Shown here in pieces: positions 50,201-62,000 of a stretch of DNA of 64,000 nucleotides; position 1 is the first letter of the stretch, and each line of letters opens with the position of its first letter. The position numbers and the translations under genes are program-made. The notes below the pieces were generated by a model. The model searched no databases, had not been told where the DNA came from, and saw only the letters and a list, made by a program, of their open reading frames with translations. Source of the stretch: Sminthopsis crassicaudata (lineage: Eukaryota); assembly GCF_048593235.1 (NCBI RefSeq), contig NC_133618.1, positions 567,070,889-567,134,888 of the forward strand, written 5' to 3'.

Positions 50201-53200
50201 GGAGCTATTAGTTAAGTAAAGTACTTTGTGAACTTTAAAATGCTACATAAATTCTAGCTATTGTTTTTATTATTACCTTTAAACCCAAGGATTTGCTTCT
50301 TGGTTTTATCAGGAAAAACTCTTTTGCTTCATTGCTTATATATCCCAAATTGTCACCCTACCCCCATCCCCAGTGCTTAGAATTATTTTCCTGTGCTCCC
50401 TCTCCATTTTCTGTTATTGCTTCTAAGGAGCTTAATCTAAGGAGCTAATACCCACTTTGTTTAGATGAACTTGGCTGACTCTTGTCTTTTTTAGAAAATC
50501 AACCATTTTCCAGGAATGACAGAAATCTGTCGTAAAGATCTACTGGCACGAAATCTCAACCGCATGCACAAGCTTTATCCTTCTGAGTATAACATCTTCC
50601 CCCGGACCTGGTGCCTCCCTGCAGAGTAAGTAAAGTTTGGCCTAATGCTGAGGTAGACTGATGGCAGAATAGTTGTAAGCGTGCCTTTCAGGCTCATATT
50701 GTTATTTCAAAATGGCACACAAGAATACAAATTAAGAGAGGGATTCAGCTGGCCAAAGAAAAACTGACCTGAAATGAGTGTTCCAAGAGAGACACACAGA
50801 GAATAACAGGAATAACCCAAAGGACCCTATGGGTGAGCAGTGACGATTGATAACTGGAAGCTTTCTGACCATTACCATTGTGTCAAACAGCTATGGGGAC
50901 TTTCAGAACCATGGACGTCAGCGGAAAACTCGGACTTACATCTGTAAGCCAGACAGTGGCTGTCAGGGACGAGGCATCTTTATCACTCGAAATCCTCGGG
51001 AGATAAAGCCGGGAGAGCATATGATCTGTCAGCAGTACATATCCAAGGTGAGTTTAGACCACTGACTTCTTATTAGTCATCAGTGCCATTTTTTCCTTAA
51101 CAAGCAATTGAATTTGATTGTATTTTCCTAGAATCATGTGGGAGGGGACCAGTTTTAGCACCCTTTTGCCCCCTCCACTTTCCTCAGTTTTAGTTCCTAC
51201 TGCTCGCTTCCCTCATGGGGATCACTCTCTCTCAGCCCTTCCTCATTGATGGCTTCAAGTTTGATATGAGAATCTATGTCCTGATCACATCCTGTGACCC
51301 GCTTCGTGTCTTCATGTATGAAGAAGGTTTAGCCCGCTTTGCTACTATGCCTTACATGGAACCAAGCATCAGCAATCTGGTATGAGGACCTAAAAGGCAG
51401 CCCTGAAGTAGAAGTATGTACACATCAGTGCTTCAGTATTTCTCCCTTCCCTTGTCAAGAAGTCCTTACATCAACATTATTGTTATTAGATAAACTTGAA
51501 AAAATAACTTTAAATTTCTACTTGGTTAGAAAAAAGGATACCAGAGGGACATACTCATAGTTTGACTTGACAACTTCTGAGAAAAATTTGGGGAAATCTC
51601 TCATAGCTGAGAAAATTAGTAATAGTTTGGGGTGAAATGGAACCATTAAAGAAAAGTTTAGCAGAATTTAATGCCAGGCTCTTGCCCAGACTTTTCTTTA
51701 TTTTCGGTGGAAGGCATTCGAGGAAAGGGAACCACAAGACCTAAGTACAAGAGCAGGGTCTTCTGCTGAATTTTTAGTTATCCAGAAACCCGTGGAATAT
51801 AAATATGGATCACAAAGAAAAATTCTTGGGAGGAGTGGAATGAGTAGTACAGAATGGGGTAAGGAATATACCTCCTAATGATAGCTTGAAAATATTGAAC
51901 TGATTCCTTCATAGGATGATGTCTGCATGCACTTGACTAACTATGCCATCAACAAACATAATGAGAATTTTGTCCGAGATGAGACAATAGGCAGCAAGAG
52001 GTACTTCTCCTTTTATCTCCCCCACTTGCATTGTTCTCCCATCCCTCTCCCAGCCCTTTAGAGGCACCGTGACAGCCCCAATAGCCCAAGCAAATGAATG
52101 GCCTTGTTGGAGGCTAGTTTCTCTGGAGCACTCAGAAACAGCCTCTCTTGTCTCAAGCTCTCCGAACCCTTTCCCTGGGTGTGGCCCATGAATCCCATCC
52201 TCCTTTCCAACTCGGAAATCATACCCTGATTCCAATCCTCACTTTTAAGAATAGTTTCCTTTGAAGCTAGAAGGGTATGGGCTTTAGTGTTAGAGAGTTT
52301 CTTGAGTCCTCTGAGTACTGGGCCTCACAGGAAGCTGTCAACACTCAACACCTGGCTGAGGGACCACAACTACGAGCCAAGAGAACTGTGGGGGGACATC
52401 GAGGACATAATCATCAAGACCATCATCTCTGCTCATTCCGTCCTTCGACACAACTACCGAACCTGCTTTCCACAGTATTTGGGGAGTGGCACTTGTGCCT
52501 GCTTTGAGATCCTTGGCTTCGACATCTTATTGGACCACAAGCTGAAGCCCTGGCTGCTAGAGGTGAGGACAGTCCCCAGGATGTCAGAAAACCCAGATCA
52601 AGGGACAGTCAGATGGATAGCTCTTTCCTTGTAAAGCAGTGAGCCACTGGTCCAAGACAGAGGCATGAAATGGTTGAGAAGGAAATGAATGAAGCCTTAT
52701 ATCTGTATAAACCCACACACATACCTTTCTGTTTATACTGACAAGCTATTGTTGAGAGAAAGGAGCAACTTATGCATGTGTGTAGAGTCAAAACTTATTA
52801 GACCCCAAGCCCAGGCAAATGTCCCTCTTGTACTATGGGAAGCCAGATCTGGGATCCTGACTGGTTTATACCAGGAGCCTTACTTTAGTAGTCATAGCCT
52901 CTTTGCCTTGCCCTGGCTAATCCGTGATATTTTCAGGGACCTTTATCACAACCTGGCTGTTGCTGATTAAAACCACGTCTCATCTTTAGCCACTGAAAGG
53001 GACCTCTCTGTAATGACCTTTCCATTATCCCTAGCATTCTCAAGGGACTTAGGGAAGGGGTAGATAATGACTCTTCCTGATAGGTCAATCATTCTCCGAG
53101 CTTCACCACAGACTCATGCCTCGACCGGGAAGTGAAGGATGCACTTCTTGGTGATGCCATGAATCTTATCAACCTCCGAGGCTGTGACAAGAGAAAGGTG

Positions 53201-56200
53201 ATAGAAGAAGATAAGCGGAGGGTGAAGGAGAGGCTTTTCCAGTGTCATCAGCAACCACGAGAATCCCGGTATTCTGATGTTTTACGTATGTCTTTAAATC
53301 ACGTATTTGCCTACTCCATTGTTTTCTTTCTAAGAAAGCTCCCAGCTGGCCTAGTTTACTTGTTTTCTAGAGTTTGGCACAACACGTAATTTCTGTGATA
53401 AAGATTGGTAATATAGAAAATGGAGCCATGAATGATGCTTCTATTCTAAAAATAAAAGCAGCAAACTATGTTTCCTCTAGTATACCCGCCTATATTGGAA
53501 ACAAAACCAAAAAACCAAAAAAACCTGTTGAACACACTAAGTATTTGGCATTACCACAGTTGGTAAGTTCAGCAGTACCAAGCTGTGGATGGTTGGGCCA
53601 TCAGAGGTGTTTTCTGTTAGGAGGCACATTGGATTTGGTTGATTTAAATTCTCCTTGAGGTGGTTCTGGACTAAAGTTTCAAGCTAGCCAGTAGAAGGTG
53701 GGGAGACATGTTTTTCAGGCTTATACCCTGAATTAAGCACACCCACACCCATACATAAACATGCTCCCTCCTTAAACTAAGCATGATTCCTACAGGCGAG
53801 AACAAATAGAGTCATCAAATGCAGCAATGCTGGACCAGGAGAAGTACGAGAACTCCCACCTAGGTGGTTACCGGCGTATCTACCCTGGGCCAGACTCTGA
53901 AAAGTATGCACCCTTCTTCAAGCACAATGGCTCGCTTTTCCAGGAGACTGCTGCCTCCAAAGCAAGGGAAGAATGTGCCAGGTACATTGCCCAATTTAAC
54001 AAATTTTTTTTTTTATCTTAAACTTTTCATTTTCTCACACCTATCTTCTGGTACTCACTGAGCTCTGTCACCCTCCTGATGACACTATCCTTGGGCAGCA
54101 TTTCCAATAACTCATACTTTTCCAAGCTCCTGTCCCCCACAAATTTGGTCATGCTTGGAGAATAAGAATATTCTTCCTTGCCATTTCCAGTTTCCTCTAT
54201 CACAATCATTCAACAGCCTGTCCTATTTCTAAGGTTCATTTAGTCCATAATTTATCATATAATAAAGATTCTATAGCTGTTATTTACCAATTCCCTAGAA
54301 TTCTCTTTCTTTCCTCAATGAGTTTAGTGCCTGGCTTTCTCTCACCTCAATTGTTTTCTTACTAGGGACTTGTACATATTGCTGTATCTTCAAACCTTCA
54401 TTTCCCATGACATGCTCCTGCACTTTTGCTATACAGACACAGTCTTACTACTTTTGATAGTCATCATTAATATGTGTTCACCTCTATGTTCAGGAACTCT
54501 GAAATTGCTTTTTTTGAACATCATTTTTATCCGTCTGTTTTTACTTCAAAATAACAACCCCTAACTCTGTTTTTTGTCCTCAGTTTGATTTCTAGTCCTT
54601 CCATCCCTGTTTTTTGGCAGCCACTGGATATACACTCTTTCCCTATATTTGAACTTTGGTGAAAAAGCTGAACACTACACAAATCCTTTGTTCCCCTTAT
54701 CCTGTCACCAATCTAGCCTTGCCAAGCCCCAGTTTTGTATTATATTCATTATCCATTGCCTTTGGTTCTATCTCTGTGCTGCCAAGTAGAGCTGTAGAAA
54801 ATCAAGAAACTGATGACTATAAATCTGTGTATTTTCACTCTGAAGCAAGATAATCCTTTTACACTTTCATAATCAATTCACTAGGCAGGTAAGTGATACA
54901 GTGAACAGAGTACCAGGTGTGGAGTCAGGAAGACTTATCTTCCTGAGTTCCAATCTGGCCTCAAATACTTCCTAACTGTGTGACTGTGAAAAGAAAAATA
55001 CCTATTTGCTTCAGTTTTCTTATATGTAAGATGAACTGGAGAAGGAAATGGCAAACTACTCCAGTATCTTTGCCAAGAATACCCCAAATGGGGTCATGAA
55101 GATTTGGACACGACTGAAAAATGTCTAAGCAACAAAACTGATTTATTATTCTGTTCACCTTAATAGCTTTTCTTCCCCTTTTCATCTCCCCTTAACTTAA
55201 TTTAATATTTCCTTAAAAAAAAATTGAGGCCTTGGCTGAAAATGCCTTCTCTCATCCTCCTCATCTCATCAATTAAATGAGTTTCCTCACTACTTCCTCC
55301 TTTATTCCATTTCATAATATGATGTGCATCTCCTTTATGTTCACCCTTGATCTCAAACCATCCCATCTTTTCCTGAAGATCAGATTATACCCCTTAATCA
55401 TCTCCTTTCTCACTAATCTTCAGTCTGTAACTCCTGGATATTTCCCTGCTGCCAACAAACATACTCAAGTCACCTCCATTCTTAAAAACAAGAAAAAAAG
55501 CCCTGCTTTTGATCCATCCAACCTAATTATTGCAGTCTTCTTCTTCTTTTTATTCTTTTCTAAATCCTCTGAAGTCTGTCTTCCAACCTCCTCATTTAGC
55601 TGGAATTATTCCCTCCAAAGTGAATGATCTCATTCATCAAATCTAAGACCTTTTCTCATCTTCATCTTTTCTGTGCAGCCACTGATACAATCCATCACTT
55701 TCTTTCCATTGATACTCTCTACTCCATAGGTTTTTGTAACACTGCTCTTTGGTTGCTCTCCTCCTACCTGCTTGACTACTACTAAGTTTTCTCTACTGGA
55801 TCTTTATTCAAAGGTCATGCCCACTAACTGTATGTCCCTCAAAGTTCTGTCTTGAGACTTTTTCTTCGCCTTATCTATTTTTTCTTAAGTAGCTAGGTGG
55901 AAAAGTAGACAGAGAGCCAGAAGATGAGTCTTCTGGGTTCAAATCTGGCCTCAGACACTTACTAGCTGTGTGACCTTGGACAAATCACTTAATCTTGTTT
56001 GCCCTAGATCCTCATCTGTAAGATGAGCTGAAAAAGAAAATAACCAATCACTCCAGTATGTTTGCCAAAAAAACCCAGAAGGGGGTCACAAAGAATTGGA
56101 CACAACTGAAATGATTGAACAACATATATTCTTTTGCTTGTGGTAATCTCATCAGCTCTCATGAATTTATAAAAATGATTCTCTAATCTCTTACCCAGCC

Positions 56201-59200
56201 CTAAACTCTCTGCTAACCTCCAGTTTTGCGCCTCTGACTGCTTTCTGGACATCTAAAATTGGTTATCTTTTAGGTAAATCAAATTCAACATGTGCCAAAC
56301 AGAACTTATCTTTCCTCCAAAATTCTCCCCTCTTCTACTTCTTTCCTTCCCAGTCTTGTAACTTTACTGTCAAGTTTAACTCATCGTTCTTAACTTTATA
56401 TATTCAATCCTATTGCCAAGTCTTATTGTTTCTACTTTTGCTATGTGTCATATACATGTATCTCTTCTTCTCTGACACTGCCACAACTCCGGTGTAGGTA
56501 AGCTCTTACAGCTTACCCTGGACTACTGCAGTATCTTTCTGGCTGGTGTTCTTCACAGTTCCATCCATTTTCTATTAGCTGCCAGAGTGATCTTTAAGCA
56601 CAGGTCTCAGTACTCTTCTATTCAGTAAACTTCAAGGCTTCCCTATTAACATCAGAATCAAATATAAAACTATTCACAAACCTGACCTCTTTCCACCCTT
56701 CCAAGTTTCTTAACGAGTTTATCCCCTTCTATTAGTTTTTGCTGTTCCTCATACACAACACTTCATCCTGACTGCCTTTTTATTGGTTGTCTCTAAGGCC
56801 TAGAATGACCTCCCTTCTTGTCCCCACCTCCTGGCTTCCCTCAAGATTCAACTTAAAACCAGCCTTCTTTACTAATTCCTTCCTCCACTTTGATCCCCTA
56901 GAACATTCCCTCTGATATTACCTCCTGTTTTCCAACTATGTAGATCATAGTAGAATGTGAGCTCCTTGAGGGCAGGGAATTTTTTTTTTTTTTTTTTTTG
57001 GGGGGGGGGCCTTTCCTTGTAGCTGCAGAGCTTAGCACAATATTTGGAATGGTAAGTACTTATTAAATGCTTGTTGACTAAAGACTTGGCCATGCTTCTC
57101 ACAGTCACATTAGTATGAGAGAAGACATTAAGCTTTTGAGATTTAATCTCTATCCACTGAGAAAACCAGTTTATATATATATATAAAGAGAGAGAGAGAA
57201 TTGTTTGTTCTTTCAAGTTCCAATTCCTTTTTCAAATCAGAATCTAGATTTTATTAGGTCTTTTTTTTTCTTTTTCCTTTTTATCAATTTTGAGACTCCC
57301 AGGTTAGAATCTTTATACACATATTCCTCCTACCACTTGTACTACTCTAGTACCCGAGACTGCTTTGTCTTGCCAGGCAGCAACTGGAGGAGATCCGTCT
57401 GAAGCAGGAACAGCTTGAGGCCACAGGCAACAACAAAAGGAGGAAAGAAAATAAGGATGTCAATCAGGGCGAATCAGCTGGAGAGAAGAACAGGTCCAGG
57501 GTAGGGCCCAAAGGCCTGCCTACTCGCTTGAACTACATAAGATCCAGGAACCAAGAAAAGCAGGTGTCACTGGCTTAAGTTAAATCACAGAATCATTTAT
57601 TCCCAGAACTAGAAGGAACTTGAGAGTCATATAGCCAAATTTTCTCATTTTACAAATGAGGAAATTGAGTCCTAGAAAGGTTAAATGAGTTGTTAAAATG
57701 TCACAACAGATAAGTAGCAGAAATGTAACACAGGTCTTCAAACCTTCTCGAATTGCTCTTTACATTATACCAGGCTTCCTTTTCAGTAGTGAAATCAGAA
57801 ACACAAGAAAAATGGTAGGATATTTTAGAAGGAATTCATGCTATCCTATGTAAAATAAGATTGAAACTTCTAATTTAATTAGCAAAATTGCACTTGACTT
57901 TCTAGAAAGTAGATTTTTTTTTTTTCTAGTATGAGAAAGCAATGAAAGAGGGAGGGACATTTAATTCTGAAAAGATAAACCTTACAAAAATGTCAGTTTT
58001 CAAGGGGAAATTTGGGGTTGAATGAATAGCATGGTATTTGGCACTTTGAGTGATTTACCAAGCAACAAAGAGGAGCTGGGGAAGAGAGGAATGACCAAGT
58101 TGGGGATAGTGAGAAGAATGAAGAGGATTTTTGTGCTGAGAACAGGGAAATAATAACCATGAACTGTGAAGGAGCCATTAATACTAACATCTTTTGCTGA
58201 TTGTTTGGGGCCTTTCATTGATCACTTGTGTTTTCTCTAGCTTCCAGCAGTACAAGTGGACACCATGCAGCCTCAAGAAATTGTGGAGGAGGAGGAATTG
58301 GAGCGGTTGAAGTCCCTTCTCCAAAGGGAGAATCTTATTCGTAGTCTGGGTATTGTAGATCAGCTAACTCGTATGCTGCACCCCACTCAACGACCCCAGA
58401 ACAAATTCCCTACAAATCGGGTGAGAGTGCTTTCACAGTCTTATTTAGCATGGGAAAAAGGGGTTGTAAAATGTGTTAGGGGATAGTGCTAGGTAGCTAA
58501 TTTAGAATAGTGCTTGACATCTTGACATAATTGCTACGTAAGACCTACAATGAAAAGGATTGGGAATCCTTGACTACATCTGATTCTCCCAAATCCTATG
58601 CTCTTTCACACTTAAGATACTGTCAGGGAGCAGCTTCTAATGACCAGTATGTCATAGCTTATGAGCTAGATAGTCAGAATGTTCGTTATATACTTTTTTA
58701 TGTTTGGAGAGAGGTATGGGGTATGGCTGCAAATAGTATTGCCACATTGAAATCTTTTTTTTTTTTCAAAACCAAAGCCTTAAGTTCTTAAGTCCCCTTG
58801 TAGCTTCTGAACAGATCTTTTCCCAGAAGTGCCAGGGCTGATAGGACTACTGAACAAAGTGGGCAACTACCTAAAGTACAATGTCTTTGAACCAGAAAGT
58901 GCAACAAGGATAATATTTAATATTGTTTATAAATAAATATATTTATAATGGCAGAAAAGTCTGCTTCATGGCATATTGATATTTTGTGATTAGTCAAGTT
59001 GAATGATTTTCCAGCATTAGTATCAAATTCAAAAAGAAATGGATCCCTGCGGCTCCTGGTAACAAAAAACCCCACAAATTAACATCATCTGTTGTACTAT
59101 GTTTTTATTTATTTTGTTAAACATTTCCCAATTACATTTTAATTTGGTTAGCACCACACTAGGAAACTTCAAGTTTGACAACCTCTGATTTACAGTACAG

Positions 59201-60928
59201 GTTCAAATTCTCTGAGGAACATAATGTTCAAATGCAGGAAAGCATAATTTATAATCCTTTCCTACACCACACAAATGCCTTATATTTATTGTGTTAGGGA
59301 TTTGATATAAAAAGAAGTGGGTGGGTAAAAAGCAAAAAAACTAATTTTTGGACCTGCCTGAGTAAGCTACTTTTGCCAAAGCTAAAAGGAAAAGTTAGTT
59401 GGATAGTGGTTTTTCTAGAAGAAACCATTTCGGCCGCCCATTTCTCCCCAAATGTCTCTCCTCCCAACAAAGATAGTAAGGCATTACTCTTCTTTTAGGC
59501 TAGATTTCACCAGGATGGACTTGGCAATCGAGATGTGCAGTCTGTGAATCTCGTCCCTTTGTCCCTTATAAGAGAAAATTCCGTCCAAGAACTGGGCCCT
59601 AACTTCATACAACCAGTCCGGACTCACACATTCATCCCTAACATCCTGGGTCCACTGTCAAACATGAGAACAACCATCCCCCACCCCTCCCACTGCCAGC
59701 TGCAGCCCAAGAACCTCAACTGGTTAGGTACCTCTTCTGCAGGAAGTAGTTCCTGCTCACTGACAATGAAGAAGTCAGGCAGACGTTATTTTTCCAGTAC
59801 TGGAGGCAAGCATGATGGCCGTAAGTACCCAAATACTGTAGCAGAAAGATTTTTAACAAAAGGCTCCTTACAGCTCTTCCTACATGACTGTTTTGACCAC
59901 TCTCTTCCCCACTTATCTAAGACTCTGATATTCTCCCACTCCACAATTAATTCCCACTATATCAAGTACTATTAAGCATCCGGGGATAAATTCTTTCTGG
60001 CACATATTTCAGCTAAAACTCCAAAAGACCACCAAAGATCATTTATAAGACTGGGAATGGAAGTCCTTAGACATTAGGGAAGTTGGTTTGTAAGTAAATA
60101 AGCAGCTGAGCAGTAGGAAGAGCTCATGAAGTTTCTTAGAAACTAAAGTAGCCTGGCACTTAGAAGTGAGATATATTAATTAAATGGGTATAAAGAAGCC
60201 CAGGGCTAGGGGTGAGGCATGTCTTCTCAGCAGAAAGAAAAAGTAACCATTTGGGAAACATGGACTGACACCATGCTCCTGGCAGTCAACAGTCTGGATG
60301 ATGAGTAATAGAAAATATATGGGAGGATTTATTTCTCTAGAAATAAGTCTAACCCCTAATTGGCTACCATAGTCCCAATTTTGTTAAGTGGTCTTGGGTT
60401 GGGGAAGGAATGATCAGATAAACTGACGTGGGCTCTCTCAAATCCTCAGGGTCCCGTATTTTTATTTTAGAGGGCCAAACTAACAGAAGGTTAGAAGCCA
60501 TGAATCGGACACTGACAGGATCAGTGCCTCCCTCCCTAACCCCAAGGCAGGGCTACCTTCTGCACCCGGAGAGAGAAGCAAGTGACTCCTGGGCTGGCTG
60601 CAGCCTGCCTTCCATGTCAGACTCCAGGCACAGAGTCACGACCCGCGAGCTGACGCTATGTCCCGCCTCTGCACCCCTTCTCCAGCACCCCAATGCACTG
60701 GGTCTCCTCAACATCAGCCACCACAGGTAAGAGCGGCTCGCCCACTCCGGGGGTCCGGGGCTTCCTTAACCATCAGGCTGTCATTGAGTAACAGTGCCGA
60801 GGTCTTGAAGAACCGAGCATCACCCAAACCCCCGGGTCCCGGGGAGGACGGGGCGCAACAGGCCCAGAAAAGCGTCCGGGGAAGCAGTGCGGGCCTCCAG
60901 ACTCAGACCCGCTCTGTCCCCCAGGTGA
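47265..60928 (+). CDS. TTLL13: Tubulin polyglutamylase TTLL13, intact, 823 aa from ATG 47265
   Basis: Coding exons 47265-47506, 48397-48437, 49794-49912, 50495-50625, 50891-51047, 51236-51379, 51915-52000, 52331-52562, 53084-53268, 53796-53981, 57377-57563, 58241-58420, 59499-59820, 60471-60726, 60925-60928 (stop is TAA 60728-60730 if the last intron is retained). Total 2472 nt, phases consistent. TTL motifs intact: [48 protein letters not shown]...WLLEVNHSPSF. Confidence 0.93.
55140..57085 (+). mobile_element. Long LINE-2 fragment in TTLL13 intron 10, interrupted by a Mar1-type SINE
   Basis: CT-rich L2 body (AAATTCAACATGTGCCAAACAGAAC...) and L2-type tail CTTATTAAATGCTTGTTGACT. Confidence 0.75.
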
Positions 60929-62000
60929 TGGACCTGAGCCCAGGGCCGGAAGAATGAACCTACTGGTCCCTGGATATCTGAGCCGAAAAGAGAGCAGGAG
61001 ACTACTCCCTGGGCCTGGCCTGGGCCCTGAGCCTAGCGACGAAGGCGGGCCCTCAGACCTAGCCGAGCAGAGCCCGGTGACCGGCCCGGGGCTGCCGGCG
61101 CTCAGGAGGACGTCGCCGTGCTGCGTGTGACGTGAGGTCTGGCGTGCGTGCATGCATGCGTGGGCCGGGGAGGAGCGTGCTACCTCTCCACCGCCGCTCT
61201 TACCTACGGGGCCGCTCGAGAGCAACAGCCGCGGCTGGGGCCGGGACTGAGCTCTTAGCAATTGTATCCGTCTTTTTATTAAAATTTTATAGTGTTTCTC
61301 TTCCTGCCTCTGACTTTCCCCCGCGCCTCGCGTATCAGGCTCGACTAGGGGGCCTAACTCCTCAGCTTTTGCTCTCTCCCGCAGTCCCAATCGCATACTA
61401 AGAGATGTCCTTCCGGCGGGCCCGGTATTGAGTCTGCCCCTTCCGCTCCCAGTCCCGTCAGAACCGCGGTAGGGGTGGAGTTCCGATTCTCCCTCCGCCC
61501 GACCAGACAGCGGCGGCGTCATGGCCGCTGCCTCTAGCTTTTTAGCCGCGTCGCGGCTCCGTGCCGCTGCCGCGTGGTCTCGGCTAATGGTACGCGGGGT
61601 GGCGGGGCCGCCCGGAACCGGCTCGAACCCCTGTTCCGGCCGAGGAGATTTGGAGGACGACCAGGATTCAGACTGGGAGCCGGAGCGGGAGCTGCAAGAA
61701 CTGGAGAGGTACCAAGGTGGCGGCTGTGCCATTCCTTGTCTGGGTCCGCTGTTCTGAGAGCCCGGAGGTGCTACTGCCGGGTCTGGCTTCTGTCGGTTTG
61801 CGGGCCAGCCACGGCCTCCTTCCTCGTAAAGAGCGATTTGTCTCGGAGCAGCCTGGTGTGGGAGGCAGGGACGGAGGGAGGCTGAGCAGGCAGGACACGC
61901 TGCTGGCGACCGACCGACCGACTGACTGACTCAAGTACAACGGCCGAGGCTACGAGGACTTGGCTCTGAGGAAAGGCGAAGACCAAGTGACGTGGGCTTC
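60700..62000. promoter_or_regulatory. CpG island, NGRN promoter overlapping the TTLL13 3' end
   Basis: CpG-rich, with TGACGT at about 61127. Candidate TTLL13 poly(A) signal ATTAAA at 61278-61283. Confidence 0.8.
61521..61708 (+). CDS. NGRN: Neugrin exon 1 (mitochondrial presequence-like N-terminus); gene continues beyond the window
   Basis: MAAASSFLAASRLRAAAAWSRLMVRGVAGP...DSDWEPERELQELE matches the NGRN N-terminus (RGVAGP, DSDWEPEERELQEVE). Donor AG|GTACCA in phase 2. I did not find exon 2 before 64000. Confidence 0.9.

Noticed and set aside
59821-59975. Open-frame extension of TTLL13 exon 13 as an alternative C-terminus
   Set aside because: Strong GTAAGT donor at 59821 and a well-matching exon 14 downstream; the extension shows no similarity I recognise.
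60773-61732. 319-aa antisense ORF
   Set aside because: Lies wholly in the GC-rich NGRN island, low-complexity S/G/P/R content, no domain.
61907-61930. (CGAC)n(TGAC)n microsatellite in NGRN intron 1
   Set aside because: Simply explained by CpG deamination of a short tetranucleotide repeat.
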